From the IMG/VR virus record IMGVR_UViG_3300042890_006166, positions 62,670 to 126,669 of that record: DNA of 64,000 nt. One strand, written 5' to 3'. Numbering within the stretch: the stretch's first letter is position 1; each line of letters starts with the position of its first letter. The stretch is from a virus. The notes under the pieces were generated by a model. That model was not told the DNA's origin and searched no databases. It saw nothing but the letters and a program-made list of their open reading frames with translations. The position numbers and the translations under genes were made by a program. Positions 36,991-47,400 of the stretch are shown here, piece after piece.

Positions 36991-37692
36991 TTATTTAGGT
37001 TTTGTGTTTCCCGTTACGCCCACAAGTTTGTATTTCCATTGTTCGTATCTCCTAACTATTTCTTTCAGAATTTTGCTCCGAACAATATCCTCTTCGGCAA
37101 AACGAAATTCCCCAACTCCTGAAATTCCTCTGACTAGTTCTACAAAGATGGGTAAAGCTACCTTTTCATATGCTATATCGTGCTGTGTTATGTCTCCAGC
37201 TACTAAAACTTTAGATCCTTCTCCAACTCTAGAAATATAAAGCATGAGTTGTTTCATGTCGCAATTTTGGGCCTCGTCTAAAATCATCATGGATCTATCG
37301 AAGGTAGCACCTCTCATATAAGCCAAAGGTCTGAATTCGATAGTACGTTCTGAAATTAATTGTCCTAATTTTTCCTTTGAGATTATTTTCTCCATGGTGA
37401 TTAAAAAACTTTCCATGAAAGGACTAATTTTTTCGCTAACATCTCCTGGTAAACTACCTAGCTTTTCTCCTGATTCTTGAATTGGTTTTGTAAAAATTAT
37501 TCTTTCAATTTCTCCCCTTTGAACCATCTTTAAAGCTGCGTAGCATGCTGAAAAAGTTTTGGAAGAACCTGCAGGACCCCAACAAAATGTGATTGTATTT
37601 TTGAAAATGGTATCGCAATAATTTTTTTGTTTTTCTGTGAAATTTACATCGTAAAAATCTTTAGCTGTTAGTTTGCTTTTTGCTGTGGGCAT
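36991..37692 (-). CDS. phoH: PhoH family ATPase
   Basis: 'GPAGSSKTF', 'IIFTKPIQESGEKLGSLPG', 'PLAYMRGATF', 'ILDEAQN', 'GDITQHD' and 'DIVRS' motifs. Confidence 0.95.
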   Translation of the reverse strand: MPTAKSKLTAKDFYDVNFTEKQKNYCDTIFKNTITFCWGPAGSSKTFSACYAALKMVQRGEIERIIFTKPIQESGEKLGSLPGDVSEKISPFMESFLITMEKIISKEKLGQLISERTIEFRPLAYMRGATFDRSMMILDEAQNCDMKQLMLYISRVGEGSKVLVAGDITQHDIAYEKVALPIFVELVRGISGVGEFRFAEEDIVRSKILKEIVRRYEQWKYKLVGVTGNTKPK

Positions 37693-37715
37693 ATTTTAGT
37701 GTTGTGAATTGTTTT

Positions 37716-37726
37716 GATATATATTC
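37716..37726. promoter_or_regulatory. bidirectional late-type promoter (GATATATATTC / GAATATATATC)
   Basis: One TATATA core reads GATATATA on + (22 nt before ATG 37746) and GAATATATA on - (25 nt before phoH ATG); flanked by TTTTGA/TCAAAA. Confidence 0.55.
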
Positions 37727-37745
37727 AAAATTAAAATTTGAAATA

Positions 37746-38630
37746 ATGTCAACTGTTAGTACAACCTCAATTTTAGGTTCAGATTCCATTTCAGCATCAA
37801 GAACAACCATCAATTCCAATTTTCTTCTTTTGCAAAATTGGATTAACCAGTATGTTGATGTATTCGGAATAGATTCGGTGAATGGAATCCTGGATTTATC
37901 TGCCGCTTCTACTGGAAGAATTTCAGCTAAAACCGGTAAGTTCGATCAAATCATAGTCCCTGTAGGTGGAACAGCTTTAGCACAAATTAATTCCAACGGA
38001 TCGAGTCAATTTGTGAGTGTTGCATCAACAACTTTAACTGCAAGCGGGGCCAGCATTTTCAATGGGACTCTAACTTCAAATGGTACAGTTACATTTGGTT
38101 CAACCACAAATTTATTGGGAAGTAACAACCTTAGTGGAGCTTTTAATATATTACTTGGAGGTCATTTTGTAGGACAGAATACCATTTATGATTCTGGTGC
38201 AACTGCCGGACAGCCTTTCGCACAGCCTTCTTCTGGAGGAGGTGGAAGATCTTCTTCTTTGTCTGTTCCATACCAAATTACTGGAATAGAAGACGTGATT
38301 TATGCCCAGTGTGGACCCGGTTGGTACATGTCTGTAGGTACTACCGGTGCGTCGGGATCTGCTTTAGTAGCTGGAACTAGAATTACAATCGTTAATACTA
38401 GTGCCACTGGTGGATTTTTAGCTACTGGAGTTCAAAATTCTGGAGCCTATTATACTGGATTCAATACGGATGCTTCTTACGCCAACTTTCCATCTGCTGG
38501 TATAACGTGTGACTCTGGAAAACCTTATCAATCTGTTATTACTTTACAATGGGAGCCTAGAATTTCCCAGGGAACTGGAACACAGCAAGGATCTTGGGTT
38601 GTACTTTCCTCTTCCAATATGACATTTTAA
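37746..38630 (+). CDS. putative tail/baseplate fibre protein with gp9/gp10-like N-terminal anchor
   Basis: ATG 37746; 'ILGSDSISASRTTINSNFLLL' anchor motif followed by a Gly/Ser/Thr beta-repeat region. Confidence 0.6.
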   Translation: MSTVSTTSILGSDSISASRTTINSNFLLLQNWINQYVDVFGIDSVNGILDLSAASTGRISAKTGKFDQIIVPVGGTALAQINSNGSSQFVSVASTTLTASGASIFNGTLTSNGTVTFGSTTNLLGSNNLSGAFNILLGGHFVGQNTIYDSGATAGQPFAQPSSGGGGRSSSLSVPYQITGIEDVIYAQCGPGWYMSVGTTGASGSALVAGTRITIVNTSATGGFLATGVQNSGAYYTGFNTDASYANFPSAGITCDSGKPYQSVITLQWEPRISQGTGTQQGSWVVLSSSNMTF

Positions 38631-38638
38631 CAAAAAAT

Positions 38639-40849
38639 ATGGCTAAAACTCCTTTTATACGTCCATTACAAGTTCAAGGTGGTACCTTCTACGCCTTTTC
38701 TTCGGCTGCTGAAGATCTATCATTTACATTCAACAACTCTATAAATCAATTCAAGTTTTCGAAATTTGCCTTGTTGAATATCCCCAATATTGATTCCACA
38801 AATCCTCTTGGTAATACTTTGAAACTCAACGCTCCGGACAGTGCTTTTTTGGATAAAGCAAGTGGGGCAAACCAAATTATTACATCCAATCAAAACGTTA
38901 ATTTTTCCCAGAGTTTTCAAAGTTATTGTTTGAATTTAGAAACCACTATTCTAAGCGGTAACAATTATGATCAATCGTTAAAACAAAACGTTTCAGAAAG
39001 GGTTTTTTGGAAGTGGATAAAGGAATTAGGAGGAATAAGATTTCAGCCAGCTAATTCTTCACAGGTAGTTTCGACTTTAGACCAAAATACTGTTTTGACT
39101 GTAAATGGATTGCCAGTAACTCAGAAAAGATATGTTGAAGGAGATCCATCCGGAGGAACCGGTTCTTATGGATTGACCGGAGCAACATACAATAGGGTAG
39201 TGCAGTACATTGGTAATTTAGACATTGTAAATTCAGTTAAGAATAACAATAACACTTACTCAGAGGTGTATGTGATGGTTCCAACCAAAGACGGTAATAC
39301 TCCTACAGTTCTATTTAAAAATGTTGTCGACCAAAATTATCCGATGGATTTTGGGTGGACCAATAACCCACAAGATCCTTTAAATGACGAGTATCTGACC
39401 GGAAGATCATACAACGAATTCAACCCCAGTGGTTTGACAAATTTGGCTATTTTTGACTGTGACGTTTTAGGATCACCTTCCGTAGAGTTCGAAAATACTT
39501 CCAATGGATCGACCGGTTCTGGAAATTGGTATTCCCCAAGAGCAATTGCTGATTCTTATTTTACTGATGCTACATTCACTAATCCTGCCGCTCAAATTTT
39601 AGAAAAATCATTTAACGGCGGAACCACTGGCAATGCATATCAAAAATACGTCAGAACAACTTTGGATTCTATCGGCATCGATTTTGATCCAAGTTCTTAT
39701 CAACAGATCGTAAGTAATCCTGCTATTTCTACATTGGAGGAATTCAATGCTACTTCCGAATCTACCGATTTTTCTTTCAATGCTGTTTTGATTTACTATG
39801 ATGTTTATGATCCGGCAATTCCTGCCGATTCTGCCACCAATTTATACGGAGTTCTTTTTCTAGATGATGTACAAGATACTGGGATTGGAACTTCCGAAAT
39901 TCCTGGATTCAAAAAATTTAAACCAAATCCTGTTACCAAGTTGAATGGTAACTCATTTGGACTGAAGCTGAACATCAAATTTGACGTAGATATCGATCAA
40001 ACTGGAGTAGAACAGGCAATAAACGATTATTCTCCTTTCTCACTGTCCATGTTTATGGATGCCATGAATGTTTTGCAAGATGCTTCAGGTACTTTGAATA
40101 ACACTGCTGCCATTTATGCGAATTTGGAAGACCGGGTCAACGCTTTAGAAAATCTAGTTTTAACATCAGATACAACTTTCACATTCGATCAAAGGATTTC
40201 ACAACTAGAAAATACATTGGCTGCAAATCAGGCTTTGTTCAATAATACTCAAGCCGTAATGGGATTAATCAACCAAAATTATGAGTTGATACGGGCAATT
40301 ATTAACAATGAAACCTCAGTTGAAATTTCTTATAACTTAAATTTAATCAAACAGGGCCAGGGAATAATTGTTGATAGATCAGTTCCTAATCAACTAACGA
40401 TTTCTAACAACAATCAAGATTATAACGTGGGGCCTAGGAAAGGAACGGTAACTTTACAGAATAATTCCCCAAATAGAATTCCTCTCCTAACATTCGGTAA
40501 CTATTACAAGCATGTCAACAATGGGGTTCCGATTACTTTGACCTCTGATTTGGTTATAAGACTAGATGATTCTACTGTAAATTGGAAACTAGGTCAGATC
40601 ATGAGATTTTGTTTTGGTGATCAAATTATACCTGGTAATTTCAATGTTAATTTCTTGACAAATTCACAAGGTAAATATCCACTCTCTAACCCAACCCAAG
40701 TACCATATTCTACTTTAATTCTTTCTTTAACCAACAATGAATTTGCCCCGTATGATTTCAAACCTGTTTTTGATATCATATGTGTAGATCCGGAAAATTT
40801 AATATTCCAGGTGGATCATGTTGGTAAAAGCATAACTAATAACTCGTAA
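38639..40849 (+). CDS. putative virion structural protein
   Basis: ATG 38639 (MAKTPFIRP) with an A-rich leader; Asn/Thr/Ser-rich with a central coiled coil. Confidence 0.7.
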   Translation: MAKTPFIRPLQVQGGTFYAFSSAAEDLSFTFNNSINQFKFSKFALLNIPNIDSTNPLGNTLKLNAPDSAFLDKASGANQIITSNQNVNFSQSFQSYCLNLETTILSGNNYDQSLKQNVSERVFWKWIKELGGIRFQPANSSQVVSTLDQNTVLTVNGLPVTQKRYVEGDPSGGTGSYGLTGATYNRVVQYIGNLDIVNSVKNNNNTYSEVYVMVPTKDGNTPTVLFKNVVDQNYPMDFGWTNNPQDPLNDEYLTGRSYNEFNPSGLTNLAIFDCDVLGSPSVEFENTSNGSTGSGNWYSPRAIADSYFTDATFTNPAAQILEKSFNGGTTGNAYQKYVRTTLDSIGIDFDPSSYQQIVSNPAISTLEEFNATSESTDFSFNAVLIYYDVYDPAIPADSATNLYGVLFLDDVQDTGIGTSEIPGFKKFKPNPVTKLNGNSFGLKLNIKFDVDIDQTGVEQAINDYSPFSLSMFMDAMNVLQDASGTLNNTAAIYANLEDRVNALENLVLTSDTTFTFDQRISQLENTLAANQALFNNTQAVMGLINQNYELIRAIINNETSVEISYNLNLIKQGQGIIVDRSVPNQLTISNNNQDYNVGPRKGTVTLQNNSPNRIPLLTFGNYYKHVNNGVPITLTSDLVIRLDDSTVNWKLGQIMRFCFGDQIIPGNFNVNFLTNSQGKYPLSNPTQVPYSTLILSLTNNEFAPYDFKPVFDIICVDPENLIFQVDHVGKSITNNS

Positions 40850-40861
40850 AATTCAAAAAAC

Positions 40862-43800
40862 ATGTCAGGCACACAAAACAGTATTAGTTCTTTAGTAGCT
40901 CAATTCCTGAGATTGCAAAAGAACGCGTTGGAAATTATAAATGGCTTGAATGAGGTTGCGACCTCTACGAACCAGACAGTACAAATTGAAATGCTGGATG
41001 AAGCGGGATTACCAACAAATGTTAGCATTCCCGCTTATGGCTATTTAAGTTCTCAGATCCAAAGGCTTGATTCAAATATTCAGGCTTTAGCGGGGTTAGG
41101 TGACAACTTTTCTACAGTAAGAAACCCAGATGGTACTTATTCTCAAATTTATAAGTCAGAGCCACTTCGCGATCCTAAACCTTTTGTTAACTTGCAAGTT
41201 CCCAGCACATTTGCAACCAGAGATAATTGGTTTTTCGAAAGTTTTCTAACACCTTTATTGTACATTAGTATAGATGTAACGGGGCAGCTACCTGACGATG
41301 CGGATAGAATTCTGATTAAAAGAATTATAGCCAATACCGAGACTGATGAACAAAAAGCATATTTCGATGCCAATCTGAACGGTAGAAACAACATAGGAGA
41401 GCAAGAATTTATTAATTCTTTGACAGATAATGGAATTTTCTATTTTGTTGATGAAGAAGTTATTCCTTTACCTTTAAGAACCATTAGAAATACTGGGAAT
41501 TTTAGTGTTTTATCATTTTACGATGACACGGTCAGCACAACAGATTCAAATGGACAAACTGTTCAAGAGACCAGGAGAAATTACAAGTTGAATTCTGTTC
41601 AATATACAGATACTAGTACTGGTGTAACAAACGGTAGGACTTTAGATGTTGGAAATTTTCTTTTAACTCCAGATGGAACTAGATATGAAATTATCTCCAT
41701 TAATATTAACCAGACCTCAGTTCAACTAAAAAGAACATCTGGATTTCAACCCGTAAGCATAGGCCCAAATTCCCTCACTTTACTTTCTACCCAATTTAAT
41801 CCAAGATTCGTAGATGTAAATGTTGGATATAACGAAAGACAAGGGGTTTTCTTTAAAAAAATCGACGACAACTACAACATTGTTGCTTCGTCTTGGTCAC
41901 CTGGAGTTGTTTTCTGGAGCAACCAACTTAGAATTAATACAACAGGTGGGGTACAAACTTTAGAACAATTTTATCTTAATTCCGTAGCTGATTTGGGTCA
42001 ACAGATGTTAGCTATGGCGAAAGAAAAAAAGATTTCTGCCATCTCTGGATTGACTCCGGATGCTCCTACTATTGTTCCAACAAACTTTAGAGTTGTTCCT
42101 ATCAACACACAACTAACACAGTCTACTGATGTACAAACACTGAATAACCAAGTTGCTTTGAAGGCAACTCTTCAAAGTGAAATTTCTCAGTTAGACACTG
42201 CCATAAACACAACTAGAGCACAAATCAATTCTGCGAGTAATACTTCTGTGATTGCTCAAACTCAAGTCGGTATAGCATCACTAGGAGCTTCTACAGCTAC
42301 AAATTTGACCAACACAACGCAAAATGTACAGGCTTTACAAGCTAATTTGAATTCTTTAACACAGCAAAGAGTTCAAAAACAGCAACTATTAGCTTCGACA
42401 ATCAGTCAAATTTCTACAACTTCTTCTTCTACTCCACAACTTTTGGCAGAACCTAAATATCGTGTTAGAGGTTTTTGGCCTATCCCTCCTCCCAAAGTAA
42501 ATCCTACTACAGGGCAACAGCAGGTAATTCAATTTATTATCGAATACAGATATTTAAGTGATTCAGGGGTAGCCCCTGCTATTCAGCAAATATCTTATCA
42601 AGATAATAACGGTCAGGAAAAAACAGGAGCTTTCAGTAACTGGAATAGAATTATAACTAATATAAGATCTAAAGTTTATGATGCGAGCTCTGGTACTTAT
42701 GTTTGGGCTCCAGAAATTACTGCCGATGCCGATGCCAATAACATCAATCAATTGGATATTCCAATTACTAGCGGCGAACAGGTAGAAATTAGGATTAAGT
42801 CTGTTTCGGAAGCTGGGTGGCCAGAAAATCCGATTACTTCGGATTGGTCTGAATCTGTGACAGTTTCATTCCCAGCGGATGCAACAACAGAAAGTGCAGT
42901 TGTTTCATTAACTACAAATTTGAAAGATGAAGCTTTACTTGCTATACAGCAGGACCTTTCTTCTAGAGGAGTAGATGCTTTATTGAATAGACAATTCACA
43001 GCCGGATCTAAAACTTTTTTGATCGATGCTCCAGTAATTTCTAGTGGTTTTACAGATGCTTCTGGAAATCCAGTAGATCTTTTCCAAAAACTAACAGATC
43101 TTCAAAATGAAATTGCTTCTTTAAAAGCTATGATAGATAAGTCAGTTGGAATCTTGGAAGTTCAACTGGTTGATGAAGCTGGAAATACCCAAATTATTAC
43201 AAGCGGTCAGACGTTGAGGGTGAATGCAGGTTATTACAACCAAATTTTCTTAAATGCCACTACAAGTGACGCAGGAAAAATTGCTGCTAAAATTTATCAG
43301 CTAAAATTAGTAAACACAGCTGCTGGTTTATTGGAATTGTCATCTTCTTTGCCGGGAGGCTTAGACGTAATTGCCGGGGTTTCAACTGCGTACACTTTAC
43401 CTCCTGGATATTCCCAAAATTTACGATATGGAGAAATTGGTATTTCTGTAACTTCTTTAACTGCAGCAGACATTATTCCTCAAGGATCTACTGGATCGGC
43501 GAACAATCAATCTTTTGAACAGTTAAGACAAGCTACACCATATGCTTCAGGAAACGCTAACAGCCAATTTATTTATCCCAGATGGAAAAGTGTAGGTTTG
43601 GACCAGGAACTTTATTTTAATGCTGAAACACAACCTTACACTTCCGGTTATGATTATTCGGGTAACGGAAACGGCCAGCCCTTAAATGGACCATCACTTA
43701 TTCCATTTGACCCTACAGATTCTTCTGTTCCCACGGCATCTGGATCAAATGGATCTGTTTGGAATGGTGGTTATACTGGTTCAACTGGTGCTTGGGTGGG

Positions 43801-44446
43801 TTTGGGAAATGGTACTCTAAGTGAATTTTGTGTTCACAAAAACCATCCTGCTTTAAATACTGGTTTGTCCTTCACTAATTTAGTTAAACCTAACTATGCT
43901 AATAATGGTACGGTTGTTTATCCTTATTTTAGACAATCTGATTATTTCTACACGGATTCTACCTTTAACAATTATTGGATGCAGCTAGGATATACCCCAG
44001 TGACTCAAGATTTTGTACAGGGAGCAACTGCCTCTAGAGAAGATTCCATGTACCCTCTCAAATTAGGTTTCGAAAGTAACGATGAATGGCTTATCGGAAA
44101 GTACTCATGTGGTTCTTATTTGTTTTTAGGACCAGCTACTTCTTCTTTGGTACAAGTACAAGGATCAACTTCTTTGGCCAATCAAACGGTTCAACAGGGA
44201 ATAAATAATGCTATTATTATACCCATCATCTTCCAATTTAGAGCAACAGATAAGCTGGGATATATTGGCGGATTTAATGCCGCTGGAAATCCTACCAATA
44301 TTACTTACACCAAAAAAATGGGATTAGACATTCAGGTAAGAAATCAAAGCACATTTTCGTTTGACTTAGAAGTAAGCGCAAAATACAAAAATGACACTCT
44401 ATCTTCTAGAAATTTCTCTTCTCAAGGCGGAACAAATTTAGGATAG
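40862..44446 (+). CDS. putative virion structural protein with coiled coil and FN3-like domain
   Basis: 1194 aa; heptads at ALKATLQSEISQLDTAIN; 'QFIIEYRY...EIRIKSVSEAG...SDWSESVTV' FN3 pattern. Confidence 0.65.
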   Translation: MSGTQNSISSLVAQFLRLQKNALEIINGLNEVATSTNQTVQIEMLDEAGLPTNVSIPAYGYLSSQIQRLDSNIQALAGLGDNFSTVRNPDGTYSQIYKSEPLRDPKPFVNLQVPSTFATRDNWFFESFLTPLLYISIDVTGQLPDDADRILIKRIIANTETDEQKAYFDANLNGRNNIGEQEFINSLTDNGIFYFVDEEVIPLPLRTIRNTGNFSVLSFYDDTVSTTDSNGQTVQETRRNYKLNSVQYTDTSTGVTNGRTLDVGNFLLTPDGTRYEIISININQTSVQLKRTSGFQPVSIGPNSLTLLSTQFNPRFVDVNVGYNERQGVFFKKIDDNYNIVASSWSPGVVFWSNQLRINTTGGVQTLEQFYLNSVADLGQQMLAMAKEKKISAISGLTPDAPTIVPTNFRVVPINTQLTQSTDVQTLNNQVALKATLQSEISQLDTAINTTRAQINSASNTSVIAQTQVGIASLGASTATNLTNTTQNVQALQANLNSLTQQRVQKQQLLASTISQISTTSSSTPQLLAEPKYRVRGFWPIPPPKVNPTTGQQQVIQFIIEYRYLSDSGVAPAIQQISYQDNNGQEKTGAFSNWNRIITNIRSKVYDASSGTYVWAPEITADADANNINQLDIPITSGEQVEIRIKSVSEAGWPENPITSDWSESVTVSFPADATTESAVVSLTTNLKDEALLAIQQDLSSRGVDALLNRQFTAGSKTFLIDAPVISSGFTDASGNPVDLFQKLTDLQNEIASLKAMIDKSVGILEVQLVDEAGNTQIITSGQTLRVNAGYYNQIFLNATTSDAGKIAAKIYQLKLVNTAAGLLELSSSLPGGLDVIAGVSTAYTLPPGYSQNLRYGEIGISVTSLTAADIIPQGSTGSANNQSFEQLRQATPYASGNANSQFIYPRWKSVGLDQELYFNAETQPYTSGYDYSGNGNGQPLNGPSLIPFDPTDSSVPTASGSNGSVWNGGYTGSTGAWVGLGNGTLSEFCVHKNHPALNTGLSFTNLVKPNYANNGTVVYPYFRQSDYFYTDSTFNNYWMQLGYTPVTQDFVQGATASREDSMYPLKLGFESNDEWLIGKYSCGSYLFLGPATSSLVQVQGSTSLANQTVQQGINNAIIIPIIFQFRATDKLGYIGGFNAAGNPTNITYTKKMGLDIQVRNQSTFSFDLEVSAKYKNDTLSSRNFSSQGGTNLG

Positions 44447-44447
44447 A

Positions 44448-47400
44448 ATGAGCACACCAATCTCAACACCCATCCCTGGACCAATCTGTGGACCTGGCCC
44501 CAAACTATTTGACTCTAACTCATCTTTTGGTGTTCTAAGAACAAATCCAAAAATAACAGGAAATGTAAAAATTACTTTGGATTCCGAAGGAGAAGTTTGG
44601 TTAAATTCTATGGATGCAAATCCTACTTTGAGTGATCAGAAATACAAAAAATATCGGGTAAGCGGAGAACTTTCTTATGGAAAAGATATTCAAAAATTTT
44701 TCTCAGGAGGAAAAATCCAACGAATTTCTTTAAATCCTGATGTTATTTTCGAAGTTGGTAAATTTACCGACGGGGAAAATAAACCGGTAGAGAATTTTGC
44801 ATCCCAATATGATTTTTTTTATGGATCTGGAGCTTCAACTTTAGTCGATAGAAATTATGCTGAAAATTTCAAATTTTTTCAGCCTTTATGGTTGAAAGAT
44901 GAATTACCTGATTTTTTTGTCGTTTTTAAAGTTCCCGAACCTTTAAGCTACCCATATTCTACAAATCAAACACAAATTGTAGACGGTTCTCAATACAAGG
45001 TTATACAAGAAATTTCATCAACAGAAACCTTTTCGATTACTTATGGAGTTGACTTATTTGGGAATCCCATTGTTTATTCTGCCGGACAATTTTTTACCGG
45101 AAACACAGTTTATTCATCTTATAATATAATTTCTGGTACTGGTAAAGTAGTTCTAATGGATGAGTTGTTATTCCAGCCTCAAGTGGATGACGTTGATTCT
45201 TATTTCAATTCTAAAATACTTCCTTATGCTTCTGTTATTTCTACTTTTGATTTAAGGTCAAATACGAAGATCGGGAAATACATTCGATCAATTGTAAACA
45301 ATCCCTCTTTTTCACAATCACCAATCGACTTTTCTTATCAACTAAATGCCTATACATACTTCAACGGAATAGATATTCAAACCGGTGCCTTCACGAAGAA
45401 AGGTGAGCTTTTGTATGATTTTTTAATTTCAAACGAATCAACACCTCAAATCGATTTCGAAAATTATGTGACTGAAGGTTTTTCTAGAAATGGAATCATA
45501 GCTCCGAATCTTCTTAATTTAGAATTTCTTTTCGATGATCCAGATTCAAACCTTTACACCATAAACAGATATTTCGGTGCTTACGTGTCGAAAAACTGTT
45601 TGGGTAGTTTTAAAATGAATGGAAATTTCTTTTATACCTATAGGGATTCAGCTGGTAACAATAACCTACCAAAGCCATCTTTGAACAATGTTGGATTTTA
45701 TAATTCTACTCAAAATAATTTTCAAAGTAGCACTACCGGAGTTAGACTTTATTATGAAGGTGCCACTGGATGGATTCCAGGATCTTATGATGTTAATGTG
45801 GCAGATCCACAAAAATTATTTTATATCACTGATAAGTTTGATAGATTTTACAGTTTGAAAAGATTTGAAAATTACAATTCAAACACCAATTCCTGGATAG
45901 ACAACACCCCGGTAGAGGCACAATTTGGACCCTTCACTAACGGAACATTTTCAACCGGTGCTACTTCTGGGTGGAAAACTGGTAATCTAGTAATTCCAAA
46001 TCGTAGCGTTAATCTTTTAGATTTCACTGGTCCAGGGGAAAAAATAGGAGGATATAGCGGGATCTTACCAACTTCTGAAGGACATGCTAACATCGACATA
46101 GAATTTCTCAAGGTCTCTGATCCAAATAAACCTGTAACTTTTAAAGTGATTTGGCCTGGAGGTAGTCAGGGAAATCTGATAGAAAAATATGATCTAATTC
46201 AATCTGGAAAATTGGGAGGTACTGTTTTGGGATGGAAAGCTGGTTCTTCTTATAACTCCGGAAATATCAATTACTTCAATTTGTCACAGGGAACTACAAC
46301 TGATGTTGCCTTTTCATTTTGCTCTTGTGTTAACAATATAAGTTCAATTGTTTGGAATTCTGCCAATTCGAAAAATTCTTCTATAATTAGGGCTAAAAAT
46401 CCTGGACCTAATTCCAACACACAATTCAAAATTGGCGTTTTCTCCGATTATTCTTCTTTTGAAAATTCGTATGTAGGAATTTGGTCCAACACCTCTTCTT
46501 ATAATATCGGAGACATTGTTTCTTTCTTCGATTCCTACTTTCAAGCTTTGAATCCAATTAGTACACCCGCTTTAGGAAATCTAAATCCTGAACCAATTTC
46601 GAATCTTGACTGGTTACCTTATCAAACTTTCACTGAAGAAGGTTTTTTGAAAATTGCTGGTTTAGATGCCTCAGATTTATCTGGAATTGTTAATTTTAGA
46701 GGTGGTTCTAAAGAAATTAAATCTAGAGTAATTTTCTCTTCTGAAGAAAAAGATAAGATTGTCCCTGGTACATGGATAGAGGTAGAAAGTGGGCGTGGTG
46801 TAACCGGTTCTGTTTCAATGATAACTGAAATAACACCATATGTTGAGGATCCTATCTATGCCAATGGATCGGATTTGATTTCTGGGTTCAGAGGTTATGG
46901 TGAACTTCTGATTGCTCACCTCCAAGACAAGAATGCTGTTATCAATTTGGGATCTGATGGTAATTTCAATTTATTTGAAATTGTAAGTTTAGAAAGCGGT
47001 GTTTTTTCATTTTTTGATTTGAAAGATTTTGATTTTGATTTTTTATCTTCAACATATGGGATGACCCCAACCCCAGAATTTCACAGATATTTTCAATTAA
47101 TTCCAGGTCAATCTGGTCAAATTATAAATGGGGTGAAATATTTGGTGAGACAGGGACAGATTAGATACGAAACTACTAATTATGTGTCTGGAGAATCTTT
47201 CATAGGAACCACAACAGATTTTTTCACTGACGCTGGTTCTTCGACAACGGGATTTACTGCTGTTGTCCTTCCAGCTATTTTTACACAGGTTGGATGGGTG
47301 AATGATACTTATCCATACAACATGTCACAGATACAGGCAGAACAAAATTTGAATTCTTTTATTGGTTTCTATGGAATACAATCAATAACTAGTGTGAATC

